Source of the DNA: Candidatus Arthromitus sp. SFB-rat-Yit
GTDB lineage: Bacteria; Bacillota; Clostridia; Clostridiales; Clostridiaceae
Assembly: GCF_000283555.1 (NCBI RefSeq)
Contig: NC_016012.1
Coordinates: forward strand, 450,001 to 482,000
Direction of reading: 5' to 3'
Length of the DNA stretch: 32,000 nucleotides
The notes below the pieces were generated by a model. That model made no database searches. It was not told the DNA's origin and was given only the letters and a program-made list of their open reading frames with translations. The translations under genes were made by a program, and so were the position numbers. Below, piece by piece: positions 1 to 9,050 of the stretch; within the stretch, counting starts at the first letter, position 1, and the number at the start of each line of letters is the position of its first letter.

Positions 1-1
1 C

Positions 2-697
2 TCAATACATAAAAGCGGTGAAGAGCAATGGTTAACTGCTACATTTGAAGATACAACATTATTTGATGAAGCAACTGTTACAAACAAAAAAGGCGAGAAA
101 ATAGAAGGGTTTAATGGAGTAGGCAGAAAATTAAATCCAAAACTTGCAATGCCTAGTGTGAGAAGTAGAGTTGAGGAAATTTTGGATACAGGTATAGAAT
201 TTAATACGTGGTTCTTAGATACAGATGGCACTGGAGAAGTGTTTGATGATTACTCTGAAAATCATATAACGACTGAGGAAGAAGATATAAATGCAAGAAT
301 TGAGAGAGTTAAGTATTTGAATAATGAAAAGGATATGATTGTTGGAACTGAGGGTGGAAATGATTTTATAAATAAATATGTTGCATATGCTCATGGGATA
401 GATATGGGTCCTTTTAAATGGATGGATAAAGATTTAAAAGATAAAAATAGTGAATATTATCTTGGTTAATACTATTCACTAACAGGTGGAGTTGATAACC
501 TTATGTCATATAGATGAAGGAGAATGGGAAAAAATAGAAATTTAATTATAAATCATTATAATGTGTGGGGTGATTTTTCTAAGAAAGTTATAAATAAAGG
601 GATGATATATTTTGAGAATTTAGTAACTGATGGTTCTGTTAAGATGACTTAATATGGTGATGATGGAGAATTGATACATTATACACCTCGAAGATAA
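2..697 (+). pseudogene. 5'-truncated (by window) glycoside-hydrolase-like gene remnant; same frame is interrupted by stops at 467, 515 and 650
   Basis: Frame 2 is open from base 2 (SIHKSGEEQWLTATFEDTTLFDEATVTNKKGEKIEGFNGVGRKLNPKLAMPSVRSRVEEILDTGIEFNTWFLDTDGTGEVFDDYS...VGTEGGNDF) to TAA 467. It continues protein-like (YYSLTGGVDN..., NHYNVWGDFSKKVINKGMIYFENLVTDGSVKMT*YGDDGELIHYTPRR) across in-frame TGA 515 and TAA 650 to TAA 695. Family assignment is tentative. Confidence 0.5.
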
Positions 698-783
698 GTT
701 TTTAGGTTGTAATTTAATTTGGTTTTTATTACAATGAAACTATTAAAAATTATTCTAAAAATGTATTTTAGAAGGAGAAATGT

Positions 784-1467
784 ATGAGTAATCAAGCCGT
801 TATAAGAATAAAGAATTTTCAAGCTGATTATGATTTTAGAATTTGTAATTTGAGTGTGAGTATTTATTGTATTGGTAAGGGAAATTTAGTTTTGGATGTG
901 ACAAATAAACAAACTAAGGAATTAGTCCTTGAAAATGTAGAAGTTAGTGATGGTACTCAGTCAATTCAATGTGATTTGGATAATGGAATATATAATTTTA
1001 AGATATATGAAGTTTTTAATAAAAAAGATAGTTCTAGCAGATACTTGTTATATGAAGCAAATTTTACATACAGTAATCCGTATGATGCTAAAGATGGAGA
1101 AATAATTATTAAAAATATTAAATATAAGGGTGATGAATACGCACTTAGATATTATTACAAAATTACAGATATAATTCCTAGTGAAGAAAATGAGAATGTA
1201 TTTTATGCTAAGATGGTTGGGTATGATAAGTTTGATATATTAAAAAGTATAAATGATCCATATGAAATTAAGATTACTTATTTAGATGAAAAGCAAAAGG
1301 AAATTTTTATAGAGTTTGAAGAAGATGGGGAGTATATGTACTTTTTATTTCACAGAGATAAGAGAATGCTTATTAAAGAAGAGGATAAAAATGACCAAAT
1401 AAATTATGACAGATATTTTGAGTTAACGGACGATGAAAGTAGTTATTTAACTACAAATTATAGATAG
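784..1467 (+). CDS. hypothetical protein, 227 aa, predicted beta-rich, acidic
   Basis: ORF preceded by SD 'aaggaga'; followed by an intrinsic terminator at its stop codon; no family recognised. Confidence 0.6.
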   Translation: MSNQAVIRIKNFQADYDFRICNLSVSIYCIGKGNLVLDVTNKQTKELVLENVEVSDGTQSIQCDLDNGIYNFKIYEVFNKKDSSSRYLLYEANFTYSNPYDAKDGEIIIKNIKYKGDEYALRYYYKITDIIPSEENENVFYAKMVGYDKFDILKSINDPYEIKITYLDEKQKEIFIEFEEDGEYMYFLFHRDKRMLIKEEDKNDQINYDRYFELTDDESSYLTTNYR

Positions 1468-1502
1468 AGGTATCACTTTTGGGTGATACCTCTTTTATTT
1501 TT
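1466..1502 (+). terminator. intrinsic terminator
   Basis: AGAGGTATCAC (1466-1476) / GTGATACCTCT (1483-1493), then T-rich tail; sits between convergent genes. Confidence 0.8.
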
Positions 1503-1522
1503 AATATTTTTTGTATGTGTTT

Positions 1523-2098
1523 TTACAAATTAATGAATCTTGGGAATAATATTACATTTTCGATTTGTGAATGAGTTATAACATCATTTTTAAATTCACT
1601 TAATTCTAAGTAAAATTTAGTTATGCTACCACAAGCGTTTTTTGGAGCTACAAAGTTATTTGTTATATCAGATATTTTTTTAAGAGATGGACCTATTACA
1701 TAATGTTCATCAACAGCTTCTCTTATAAATTTTTCCATTGATTTGTATTCTGGGCTATCTTTTGTAAACTTTCCTTCTTGAAATTCTTTTATAGGATCAA
1801 AAATTAATCTTTCTTCTAATATCAAATGACCTTCAAATACTTCTCTTATTTTTGAAAAAATTGAGTGTATTTCCCAAAATAAATCTTTATATTCATGGAT
1901 GTGATGATCCATAATTTTTAACAGACTTTTATTTAAATTTGGAATTGTCTGTCTAATATTTGAATGATAGTTATTTATTATAAAAGATATAATATCTTCT
2001 GAACTCTTAGATAAGAAATCTTCGAGTCTTATATCATCCTTTAATTTACCTAATTGTAAAAAATTATTTTGTTCAGATTTTTTATTATTTAATTCCAT
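1523..2098 (-). CDS. hemerythrin (HHE) domain protein, ScdA/RIC-like but lacking the N-terminal cysteine domain
   Basis: Conserved His/Glu residues: NNYH, DHHIHEYKDLFW, EGHLILEE, DEHYVIGP, THSQIEN..LFPRF; aligns with the C-terminal domain of the neighbouring gene. Confidence 0.8.
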   Translation of the reverse strand: MELNNKKSEQNNFLQLGKLKDDIRLEDFLSKSSEDIISFIINNYHSNIRQTIPNLNKSLLKIMDHHIHEYKDLFWEIHSIFSKIREVFEGHLILEERLIFDPIKEFQEGKFTKDSPEYKSMEKFIREAVDEHYVIGPSLKKISDITNNFVAPKNACGSITKFYLELSEFKNDVITHSQIENVILFPRFINL

Positions 2099-2181
2099 TG
2101 TAAGACTCCTTTTTAATTTATATCTAAAATTCTACAATAATTTGGTGATTATTAAAAGGATAACGACAAAAGAATTATTAT

Positions 2182-2904
2182 TTACTCATAAAATCTTGGG
2201 AATAAAACATTGTTTTCAAGTTGAGTATGGGCGATCAAGTGATCTTGAAGTTTTTTGAGATCACTATATACTTTTTTTACAGTATTGCATGCATCTTGTG
2301 GTGGAGTGTAGTTGTTTGTAGCATCTGAAAGTTCCTTTAAACATGGTCCAACAATTGAATGTTCATTTATTGATTCGTTTATTGAAGATATCATAATTTT
2401 GTATTCTTGACTTTCTCTATTAATTTGATTCGATTCCAATGAAATCATAGCTTTAAAAATATTTTCTTCTTCGAGTATGAGATGAGAATCCATTAATACT
2501 TGAATTTTTCCAACCAATTCGTGTATTTTCCAAAACAGTTCTTTATGTTTATTGATATGTACTCTCATTATTTTTAACATAAGTTTGTTTATTTCTGGTA
2601 GGTCTCTAAGTAAACCTTCGTGAAAATGATTTATTATGAAGTTTATTATTTCATTTGATGGTTTTGATGAAATATCTATTGATTTTAATATTTCATCTTT
2701 GTGTGAGTCATTTATTTTTGTGTGTTTAATTTCATTATAAAGCTCATCTAAAACTTTGTCATTATTGATATTTAGTTCTATTAAAGCATCTTTTAATTTC
2801 TTTTGACCCCCACAGCAAAAATCAATTTTATATTTATCAAAAAAATTTTTAGAGCTTGGGAAATTATTTAGTATATCTCCAATCTTTTTATTTAATAAGT
2901 TCAT
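2182..2904 (-). CDS. ric: iron-sulfur cluster repair di-iron protein (RIC/ScdA/YtfE family)
   Basis: N-terminal DUF542-type motif FFDKYKIDFCCGGQKKL plus hemerythrin-like domain with NHFH, HIN, DSHLILEEE, NEHSIVGP, AHTQLEN; SD 'aggaggc' upstream on the minus strand. Confidence 0.92.
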   Translation of the reverse strand: MNLLNKKIGDILNNFPSSKNFFDKYKIDFCCGGQKKLKDALIELNINNDKVLDELYNEIKHTKINDSHKDEILKSIDISSKPSNEIINFIINHFHEGLLRDLPEINKLMLKIMRVHINKHKELFWKIHELVGKIQVLMDSHLILEEENIFKAMISLESNQINRESQEYKIMISSINESINEHSIVGPCLKELSDATNNYTPPQDACNTVKKVYSDLKKLQDHLIAHTQLENNVLFPRFYE

Positions 2905-2929
2905 TTTTGCCTCCTGTAAATATTGATTT

Positions 2930-2946
2930 AATACTCAATTAGTATT
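2930..2946. promoter_or_regulatory. small inverted repeat in the ric 5' region, candidate operator
   Basis: AATACT-CAATT-AGTATT, 6-nt perfect arms, about 26 bp upstream of the ric start. Confidence 0.3.
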
Positions 2947-2970
2947 TTACTATAAATAAATATTTAAACG

Positions 2971-3001
2971 AAAAAAACCGATATATTAAATATATCGGTT
3001 T
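2971..3001 (-). terminator. terminator-like stem-loop oriented on the minus strand, upstream of ric (candidate attenuator or end of a short transcript)
   Basis: AAACCGATATAT (2975-2986) TAA ATATATCGGTTT (2990-3001), perfect 12-bp stem; a T-run follows the stem only when read on the minus strand. Confidence 0.5.
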
Positions 3002-3176
3002 AAAAATAGGGAAAACGGAGTGTTATATTATGATTAAGTAATTGAAAAGTTTAAAATGTACCTCTGTACAATTAATAATATCGTGTATATTTTTAAAATG
3101 TTTATAGCTTTAAATAAAAAAATTATATTGTGTATATAATAAAAATTTACTAAATGATAATTTATGGAGTAAATTT

Positions 3177-4457
3177 ATGTTTAAATTTAAAAATATACTG
3201 ATAAAATTTATTATATTTTGTATGTGCTTAAATTTATTTGGTGCTTCAGAAGACACTTTTAAACAAGAGATAAACAAAAATAATAAAAAAATTAGAGAAT
3301 TATATGAGTCAGACGTTAAATTTAACACTGAAATGGATTTAATACAGAAGAAACTTTTAGAATTGAGCCAAGAAATTGATAAAAAACAAAGAATTGTAGA
3401 AGAATATAATAAGCAAATAGAGTTAACTGAACAAAATATTTATGATGCAAACAAAAATATAGAAAATTTAAATAATGAAATAAATGAACTTGAAGATGTA
3501 GTTCACAAAAATTTGCTTGAAATTCAAAAATACGAAGAAGATATAAAAAAGTTTAAACAGGTTATTGATAATAGACTGAGAAATTTATACAAAAATATAG
3601 ATACATATACAAATAATTTAATTAGGATATTTTATACATCAGAGAATGTCATAGATTGCTTTGATAAAATTTTAAGTATGAATAAATTTTTGGAAATAGA
3701 TAGAATTGCAATTGAAAAATTTGCAAATAATATTGAACAAATAAATGTAAAAAATGAAAATATTAAATTCTTAAAAGCATTAATTGAAGAGAAGATAAAG
3801 CTTGTAAATAAAACCATATCTGAAAATAATGATAATTTGAAAAATATGGAATATCAAAAAGATGAAAAACAAAAGCAATTGAATGATATAAACGAGTTAA
3901 ATGTTCAACTCAATGAACAATATGAAAGCTTATCTGAAGATAAAAAACAAATTCAACAAGAAATTATAAGAATACAAGAGGATAATGTTAAATTACAAAA
4001 TGAATTAAAAAATTATATGGAAGAACTTAATAAAAATAATAAAGAAGCGAAGAAAAAAGTAAAGTATGGAAGATATTTAAAGCCTGTTAATGGTAAGATA
4101 ACATCGAGGTTTGGAAAGAGAATACATCCTGTGACAGGAAAAGAAAGCAGCCATACAGGACTTGATATTGCAGCTCCACTGGGTGAGAAAGTAAAGGCTT
4201 CTTTGGGCGGTGAAGTGGTTTTTTCAGGATGGTACAGTAATGTATACGGCAATGTAGTTATAATAAATCATGGTAATAATATACAGACTTTTTATGGACA
4301 TCTAAGTAAAGTTTTGGTAAAAAAGGGTGAGGAAGTTGATCAAGGAGATGTTATTGGAAAAGTTGGGAATACAGGGTTGAGTACAGGACCACACCTACAT
4401 TTTGAAATATATGTAAATGGGGAAAGAGTTGATCCGGAAAAAAGAATTTTTAAATAG
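3177..4457 (+). CDS. murein hydrolase activator EnvC-like, M23 peptidase domain with long N-terminal coiled coil
   Basis: Signal peptide, extended coiled coil, then GKITSRFGKRIHPVTGKESSHTGLDIAAPLG...GNVVIINHGNNIQTFYGHLSKVLVKKGEEVDQGDVIGKVGNTGLSTGPHLHFEIYVNG (HxxxD and HxH zinc motifs). Confidence 0.93.
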   Translation: MFKFKNILIKFIIFCMCLNLFGASEDTFKQEINKNNKKIRELYESDVKFNTEMDLIQKKLLELSQEIDKKQRIVEEYNKQIELTEQNIYDANKNIENLNNEINELEDVVHKNLLEIQKYEEDIKKFKQVIDNRLRNLYKNIDTYTNNLIRIFYTSENVIDCFDKILSMNKFLEIDRIAIEKFANNIEQINVKNENIKFLKALIEEKIKLVNKTISENNDNLKNMEYQKDEKQKQLNDINELNVQLNEQYESLSEDKKQIQQEIIRIQEDNVKLQNELKNYMEELNKNNKEAKKKVKYGRYLKPVNGKITSRFGKRIHPVTGKESSHTGLDIAAPLGEKVKASLGGEVVFSGWYSNVYGNVVIINHGNNIQTFYGHLSKVLVKKGEEVDQGDVIGKVGNTGLSTGPHLHFEIYVNGERVDPEKRIFK

Positions 4458-4682
4458 GAAATCTAAAATTTTTGAATACAAAAGCTAAATAATTGAAATA
4501 ACTAAAACGGTATGAATTGGAGTTCAAAAATAATAAAAAATTATTTAATTTAAATAAAAATTATCATAAAATGTGTTTTAAATTATAAATTAATGAGTAA
4601 TATTAAATTAGTAAATTTAAATTTGTATATTTAATATAAAAATCAACATATAATGTACGGTGATGCGAAGGGAGTGATATAC

Positions 4683-5579
4683 TTGGTATTAGTCAGAGTA
4701 GTTTATGAGGGAAAAGAAAAAATATTAAATGATATAAAAGATGAGTTGGGAAGTATTGAAAGAGAGTGTACTTCTTTGAGAACATCGATTAAAGAATATC
4801 ATAATATGAGTTTTATAGATATTGAATGTGATCCCTTAAAATATATAGATAAATTGAACGAAAAAGTTATAAATGTTATAGCTAAGGGAATTTATAACTT
4901 TGCAATAGAGATTTTTATTAATAAGGAGATAGATTATTTTTTTGATAATTCATATTTTTTTATTAAATATGATGAGATTTCAGATGTTAAAGAAAAAATA
5001 ATAAGTATACTTGGAGATGATAGTTTTAGCAAGGAAAATGATTCATTTTGTTTTGAGAAAAAACAAGATATAATGAATAAAATAATTGAATGTATAAGTG
5101 AAAATAATGAGATAAATATAAATGGATTTGTTAGATTTAGATTGAGAGAACTATTGAATGATTTTGAAATGATTGTGGATAGAGTTGTGGAACGATATAT
5201 GGTTGAGAAGGAATATAATGAATTTATAAAACTTCTCAAATATTTTGTAGATGTGCAAGAAACCAAAATTGAGGAAGTAAATATTATAATAAATAAATTA
5301 GGAAATTACACTATATTAGATGGTAAGCATAATGATATATACGAATTATTTTTAGATGATATAAATGATTTTAGTATGTCTTCCACGATGGTTAATAAAG
5401 ATGATTTACTAATAAGCGGACTTATAACTAATTCTCCAAATAGAATAGTTATTCATGGAGCAAAGAATAGTGTGAATGTAGAAATAATTGAAACTATAAA
5501 ACAAGTTTTTGAAGATAAAGTTGAGTTTTGTTGTGGATGTATAGATTGTGTAGAACTTGCTAACAAATTAATAAAATAA
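4683..5579 (+). CDS. ytxC: sporulation protein YtxC-like
   Basis: Family-like C-terminus (FCCGC..C; DINDFSMSSTMVNKDDLLISGLITNSPNRIVIHGA). SD 'aagggag' gives TTG 4683 as the likely start, inside the ORF-track call from 4653. Confidence 0.75.
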   Translation: MVLVRVVYEGKEKILNDIKDELGSIERECTSLRTSIKEYHNMSFIDIECDPLKYIDKLNEKVINVIAKGIYNFAIEIFINKEIDYFFDNSYFFIKYDEISDVKEKIISILGDDSFSKENDSFCFEKKQDIMNKIIECISENNEININGFVRFRLRELLNDFEMIVDRVVERYMVEKEYNEFIKLLKYFVDVQETKIEEVNIIINKLGNYTILDGKHNDIYELFLDDINDFSMSSTMVNKDDLLISGLITNSPNRIVIHGAKNSVNVEIIETIKQVFEDKVEFCCGCIDCVELANKLIK

Positions 5580-5583
5580 ATTA

Positions 5584-5612
5584 TTTACAAATATATAAAA
5601 ATGTTTTATAAT
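5584..5612 (+). promoter_or_regulatory. sigma-A-type promoter for the infC leader
   Basis: TTTACA (5584-5589), 17-nt spacer, TATAAT (5607-5612). Confidence 0.7.
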
Positions 5613-5618
5613 TATGTC

Positions 5619-5770
5619 AGATTTAAGAAGAGACTACCGTTTCTCACCTTGGGGTTTTTACTACCTAGGTAACCTGAAGTTTTATATTCATCGTTGGGTT
5701 TTTTGTATCCAATGTTATTAGGTTTGTTTATTTAGAGGGCGGTGTATGTTATTCCGTCCTTTTTTTTATT
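5619..5770 (+). promoter_or_regulatory. structured 5' leader upstream of infC-rpmI-rplT, candidate ribosomal-protein (L20-type) attenuation leader
   Basis: Hairpins GAGA/TCTC, palindromic TACCTAGGTA, CGTTGGG/TCCAATG, then terminator AGGGCGG (5736-5742)/CCGTCCT (5754-5760) with a T-run, all before infC. Confidence 0.6.
5736..5767 (+). terminator. leader terminator/attenuator upstream of infC
   Basis: AGGGCGG...CCGTCCT stem with one G-U pair followed by about 9 T. Confidence 0.7.
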
Positions 5771-5820
5771 TTTAAGGTAGATTGATTTTTAAATTTGTAA
5801 AGTATTTGGAGGTGGCTAAT

Positions 5821-6330
5821 ATAGCAAAGGATGTTCAAATTAATGGTGAAATTAAATTTAAAGAGTTGAGGGTTATAGATAGTGATGGTTCTCAGCTTGG
5901 AATTATGCAAGCAAGGGATGCGTTGAAAATTGCAGAGGATAGAGAATTAGATTTAGTAGTTATTTCACCGACTGCGAATCCACCAGTATCTAGGATAATG
6001 GATTATGGTAAGCATGTTTATGAATTGTCTAAAAGACAAAAAGAAGCGAGGAAAAATCAAAAGACTATAAATATTAAAGAGATAAGAGTTAGTCCGTCTA
6101 TAGAAGAACATGATATCAATATAAAAGCTAATAATGCTAAGAAGTTTTTAAAAAGTGGAGATAAAGTAAAGATTACCGTAAGATTTAGAGGAAGAGAAGC
6201 AGACTATAGTTACATAGGAGAAAAGATATTAGATAATTTTATTGAGATATTAAAAGAATATGGAGCTCCAGATAAAAAAGCCAAATTAGAAGGTAGAAAC
6301 ATGAGCTTAATTATGTCTCCAAAGAAATAA
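5821..6330 (+). CDS. infC: translation initiation factor IF-3 (start probably ATA 5821; ORF track uses TTG 5782)
   Basis: [58 protein letters not shown]...; SD GGAGG at 5808-5812, 8 nt before ATA. Confidence 0.95.
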   Translation: MAKDVQINGEIKFKELRVIDSDGSQLGIMQARDALKIAEDRELDLVVISPTANPPVSRIMDYGKHVYELSKRQKEARKNQKTINIKEIRVSPSIEEHDINIKANNAKKFLKSGDKVKITVRFRGREADYSYIGEKILDNFIEILKEYGAPDKKAKLEGRNMSLIMSPKK

Positions 6331-6362
6331 GAAATATTAATGATTATAGGAGGTATTTTGAG

Positions 6363-6560
6363 ATGCCAAAAATGAAAACTAAGAAAGCTATTGCAAAAAG
6401 ATTTAGGGTTACAGGAACTGGAAATTTGAAAAGAGCACGTGCTTTTAAACAACATATTCTTACTAAGAAATCTGCAAAGAGAAAGAGAAATTTAAGAAAA
6501 GTTGGGTATGTTTCAGTTACGCAATTAAAGACTATGAAAAAATTATTACCATATGTTTAA
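6363..6560 (+). CDS. rpmI: 50S ribosomal protein L35
   Basis: [45 protein letters not shown]. Confidence 0.98.
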   Translation: MPKMKTKKAIAKRFRVTGTGNLKRARAFKQHILTKKSAKRKRNLRKVGYVSVTQLKTMKKLLPYV

Positions 6561-6579
6561 AAATTGGAGGTAGGAGTAA

Positions 6580-6939
6580 ATGGCTAGAGTTAAAAGAGCT
6601 GTTAATGCACGTAAAAATCATAAAAAAGTTTTGAAATTAGCTAAAGGTTACTATGGAGCGAAGTCAAAGTTATTTAAAACTGCTAATGAAACAGTTATTC
6701 GTGCTTTATGGAATTCTTATGTAGGAAGAAGATTAAGAAAGCGTGATTTTAGAAAACTTTGGATAACAAGAATAAATGCTGGTGTTAGAGAGCATGGATT
6801 AAGTTATTCAAGATTTATATTCGGATTAAAGAATGCTAATGTTAACATAAACAGAAAAATGTTATCAGAAATGGCTATAAACGATAAAGCTGCTTTTGCT
6901 GAACTTGTAAAAATTGCTAAAGAAAGTTTAAACAAATAA
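6580..6939 (+). CDS. rplT: 50S ribosomal protein L20
   Basis: [67 protein letters not shown]. Confidence 0.99.
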   Translation: MARVKRAVNARKNHKKVLKLAKGYYGAKSKLFKTANETVIRALWNSYVGRRLRKRDFRKLWITRINAGVREHGLSYSRFIFGLKNANVNINRKMLSEMAINDKAAFAELVKIAKESLNK

Positions 6940-6968
6940 ATGCGACTTTTTTTGTCGCATTTATTTTT
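6938..6968 (+). terminator. intrinsic terminator after rplT
   Basis: AAATGCGAC (6938-6946) / GTCGCATTT (6954-6962), then T-rich. Confidence 0.8.
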
Positions 6969-6982
6969 ATAATTTTAAATAT

Positions 6983-8341
6983 GTGAGGATTAAATTGAAA
7001 AGTTTTAGGAAGCTATATCCTGTACAAATATTAGCATTATTTTTTGTAGTTGTAATAATAATTGGTAGTTTTTTATTGAGTTTACCTATATCAAACAATT
7101 CTGGAATTTCAACTAATTACTTAGATGCGTTATTTACAGCTACTTCAGCTACTTCTGTAACTGGGCTTGTAATTTTAGATACTGGTACATATTGGAGTTC
7201 GTTTGGAACAACTATAATTTTGTTATTAATTCAAATTGGTGGACTTGGTATAATGTCGTTTACTACATTTGGAGTTCTTAAATATGGAAATAAGATTTCT
7301 TTATATACGAGTCTTTTGATGAAAGAGGCTTTGAATGTAGATGAATTACAAGGAATGTCACGCATGATGAGGTATGTAATTATATTTGTTATGGTTACTG
7401 AATTGCTTGGTATGATTCTTTTTAGTTTTGTATTTGTACCTAAGTATGGTTTATCTCATGGATTGTATGTAAGTTTATTTACATCTATATCTGCATTTTG
7501 TAATGCGGGATTTGATATTTTTGGAAATTTTTCCAGTCTAACTTCTTATTATAACAATGCTTATGTTCTTATTGTTTGTATGATTTTAATAATTTTGGGT
7601 GGTATAGGTTTTAGTATAATAACTGAATTTATAAATTACAGATATACAAGAAAAATATCTGTAACGACTAAGATTGTTTTAATTGTAACATTGTTTTTAA
7701 TAATAGTGGGAGCACTTTTATATTTTATATTTGAGTATGATAATCCATTAACTTTTCAGAATATGAGTTTGGGTGAAAAGATACTTAATAGTTTTTTTTC
7801 ATCAGTATCACCTAGAACTGCAGGATTTAATTCAATAGATTTGGCGAATATTAGATCTGGAACAGTATTTTTGACGTGTATTCTTATGTTAATTGGAGGT
7901 TCTCCAGGATCTACGGCTGGAGGGATAAAAACAAGCACAGTTGGTGTTATAATATTAACGATATATCATTATATGAGAAATAAAAATAGAACTATCGTAT
8001 TAGGGAAGGAAATCCCCTCTAAAACAATAAATAAAGCTTTTATCTTGACATTTGTTGCTTTGTTTTTCATAAGTACATTTGTTATATTAATTTCTATAGC
8101 TGATAAAGGAGCGTCGTTTAGATCTATAGTATTTGAAGTTTTTTCAGCATTTAATACTGTTGGTTTGAGTTTTGGTTTGACTCCTGAATTGAATAGTATA
8201 GGTAAAATATTACTTATTTTGGCTATGTATTTAGGAAGAGTGGGAACTTTGACGTTAATTTTTGCATTTACAAATACGCACGATGGACCTAAGAAAAGTA
8301 ATGCTATAAAATATCCAGAGGTTAAAATTACGGTTGGATAA
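6983..8341 (+). CDS. ktrB: TrkH/KtrB-family potassium uptake membrane subunit (TTG 6995 also a plausible start)
   Basis: Four P-loop signatures: SATSVTGLVIL, SAFCNAGFDIF, SPRTAGFNSID, SAFNTVGLSFG; paired with a TrkA/KtrA gene. Confidence 0.92.
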   Translation: MRIKLKSFRKLYPVQILALFFVVVIIIGSFLLSLPISNNSGISTNYLDALFTATSATSVTGLVILDTGTYWSSFGTTIILLLIQIGGLGIMSFTTFGVLKYGNKISLYTSLLMKEALNVDELQGMSRMMRYVIIFVMVTELLGMILFSFVFVPKYGLSHGLYVSLFTSISAFCNAGFDIFGNFSSLTSYYNNAYVLIVCMILIILGGIGFSIITEFINYRYTRKISVTTKIVLIVTLFLIIVGALLYFIFEYDNPLTFQNMSLGEKILNSFFSSVSPRTAGFNSIDLANIRSGTVFLTCILMLIGGSPGSTAGGIKTSTVGVIILTIYHYMRNKNRTIVLGKEIPSKTINKAFILTFVALFFISTFVILISIADKGASFRSIVFEVFSAFNTVGLSFGLTPELNSIGKILLILAMYLGRVGTLTLIFAFTNTHDGPKKSNAIKYPEVKITVG

Positions 8342-8362
8342 ATTTTTTAAGGGGATGTTTCT

Positions 8363-9046
8363 GTGAGAAAAAAACAATTTGTTGTAATAGGTATTGGGAG
8401 ATTTGGTTTTAGTGTTGCGACTAGTCTTTATAGAGCGGGTTATGATGTGTTAGCAATAGATAAAGATATAGAAAAGATTGAAGAAATTTCTACTGAGGTT
8501 ACTCATGCTTTAGCACTTGATGCTACAGATGAAAAATCATTATTTAGTGTTAACATTTCAGATTATGATACAGCTATAATTGCAATTGGAGGCAGTATAC
8601 AAGAAAGTTTGCTTGTAACTTTACTTGTAAAAGATGCAGGCATATCAGATATTATATGTAAGGGACAAGGAGAACTACATGGAAAGCTTTTAAAGAAGAT
8701 AGGGGCTAGAAGAGTTGTATTGCCGGAGCAAGAGATGGGATTTAGACTTGCAAATAGTTTAAAATTCCAAAGTTTATTCGACTACATAGAAATATCTAAG
8801 GGATCTTCAATTGCTGAATTTACTGCACCAAAGGAATGGATTAATAAAACTATAGGGGAAATTGATATTAGAGCAAAACATGAAGTAATATTAATAGGCA
8901 TTAAGAAATATCCAGAATATGAAATGGATGTTAATATAAATGCAAATACAAAAATTAAAGAACACGATCTATTAATACTTTTAGGTAGAGATGATAGGTT
9001 GTGTAAAATACAAAACAAATTTACTTTTGTTCAAAAAGAGGATTAA
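8363..9046 (+). CDS. ktrA: TrkA-N/TrkA-C potassium uptake regulatory subunit
   Basis: FVVIGIGRFGFSVATSLYRAGYDVLAIDKDIEKIEE Rossmann motif plus C-terminal TrkA-C-like domain. Confidence 0.92.
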   Translation: MRKKQFVVIGIGRFGFSVATSLYRAGYDVLAIDKDIEKIEEISTEVTHALALDATDEKSLFSVNISDYDTAIIAIGGSIQESLLVTLLVKDAGISDIICKGQGELHGKLLKKIGARRVVLPEQEMGFRLANSLKFQSLFDYIEISKGSSIAEFTAPKEWINKTIGEIDIRAKHEVILIGIKKYPEYEMDVNINANTKIKEHDLLILLGRDDRLCKIQNKFTFVQKED

Positions 9047-9050
9047 AAAT

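Noticed and set aside
3110-3328. Minus-strand 72-aa hydrophobic ORF
   Set aside because: Antisense to the start of the M23 gene; AT-rich hydrophobic shadow translation of a signal peptide region with no SD
3632-4252. Minus-strand ORFs 3632-3817 and 4013-4252
   Set aside because: Lie fully antisense inside the well-supported M23 peptidase gene
4934-5266. Minus-strand ORF, Ser/Ile-rich 110 aa
   Set aside because: Antisense of ytxC, low-complexity composition, no SD
6210-6455. Minus-strand ORF across the infC-rpmI junction
   Set aside because: Antisense to two confident genes
7756-9018. Minus-strand ORFs within ktrB and ktrA
   Set aside because: Shadow ORFs of confident genes
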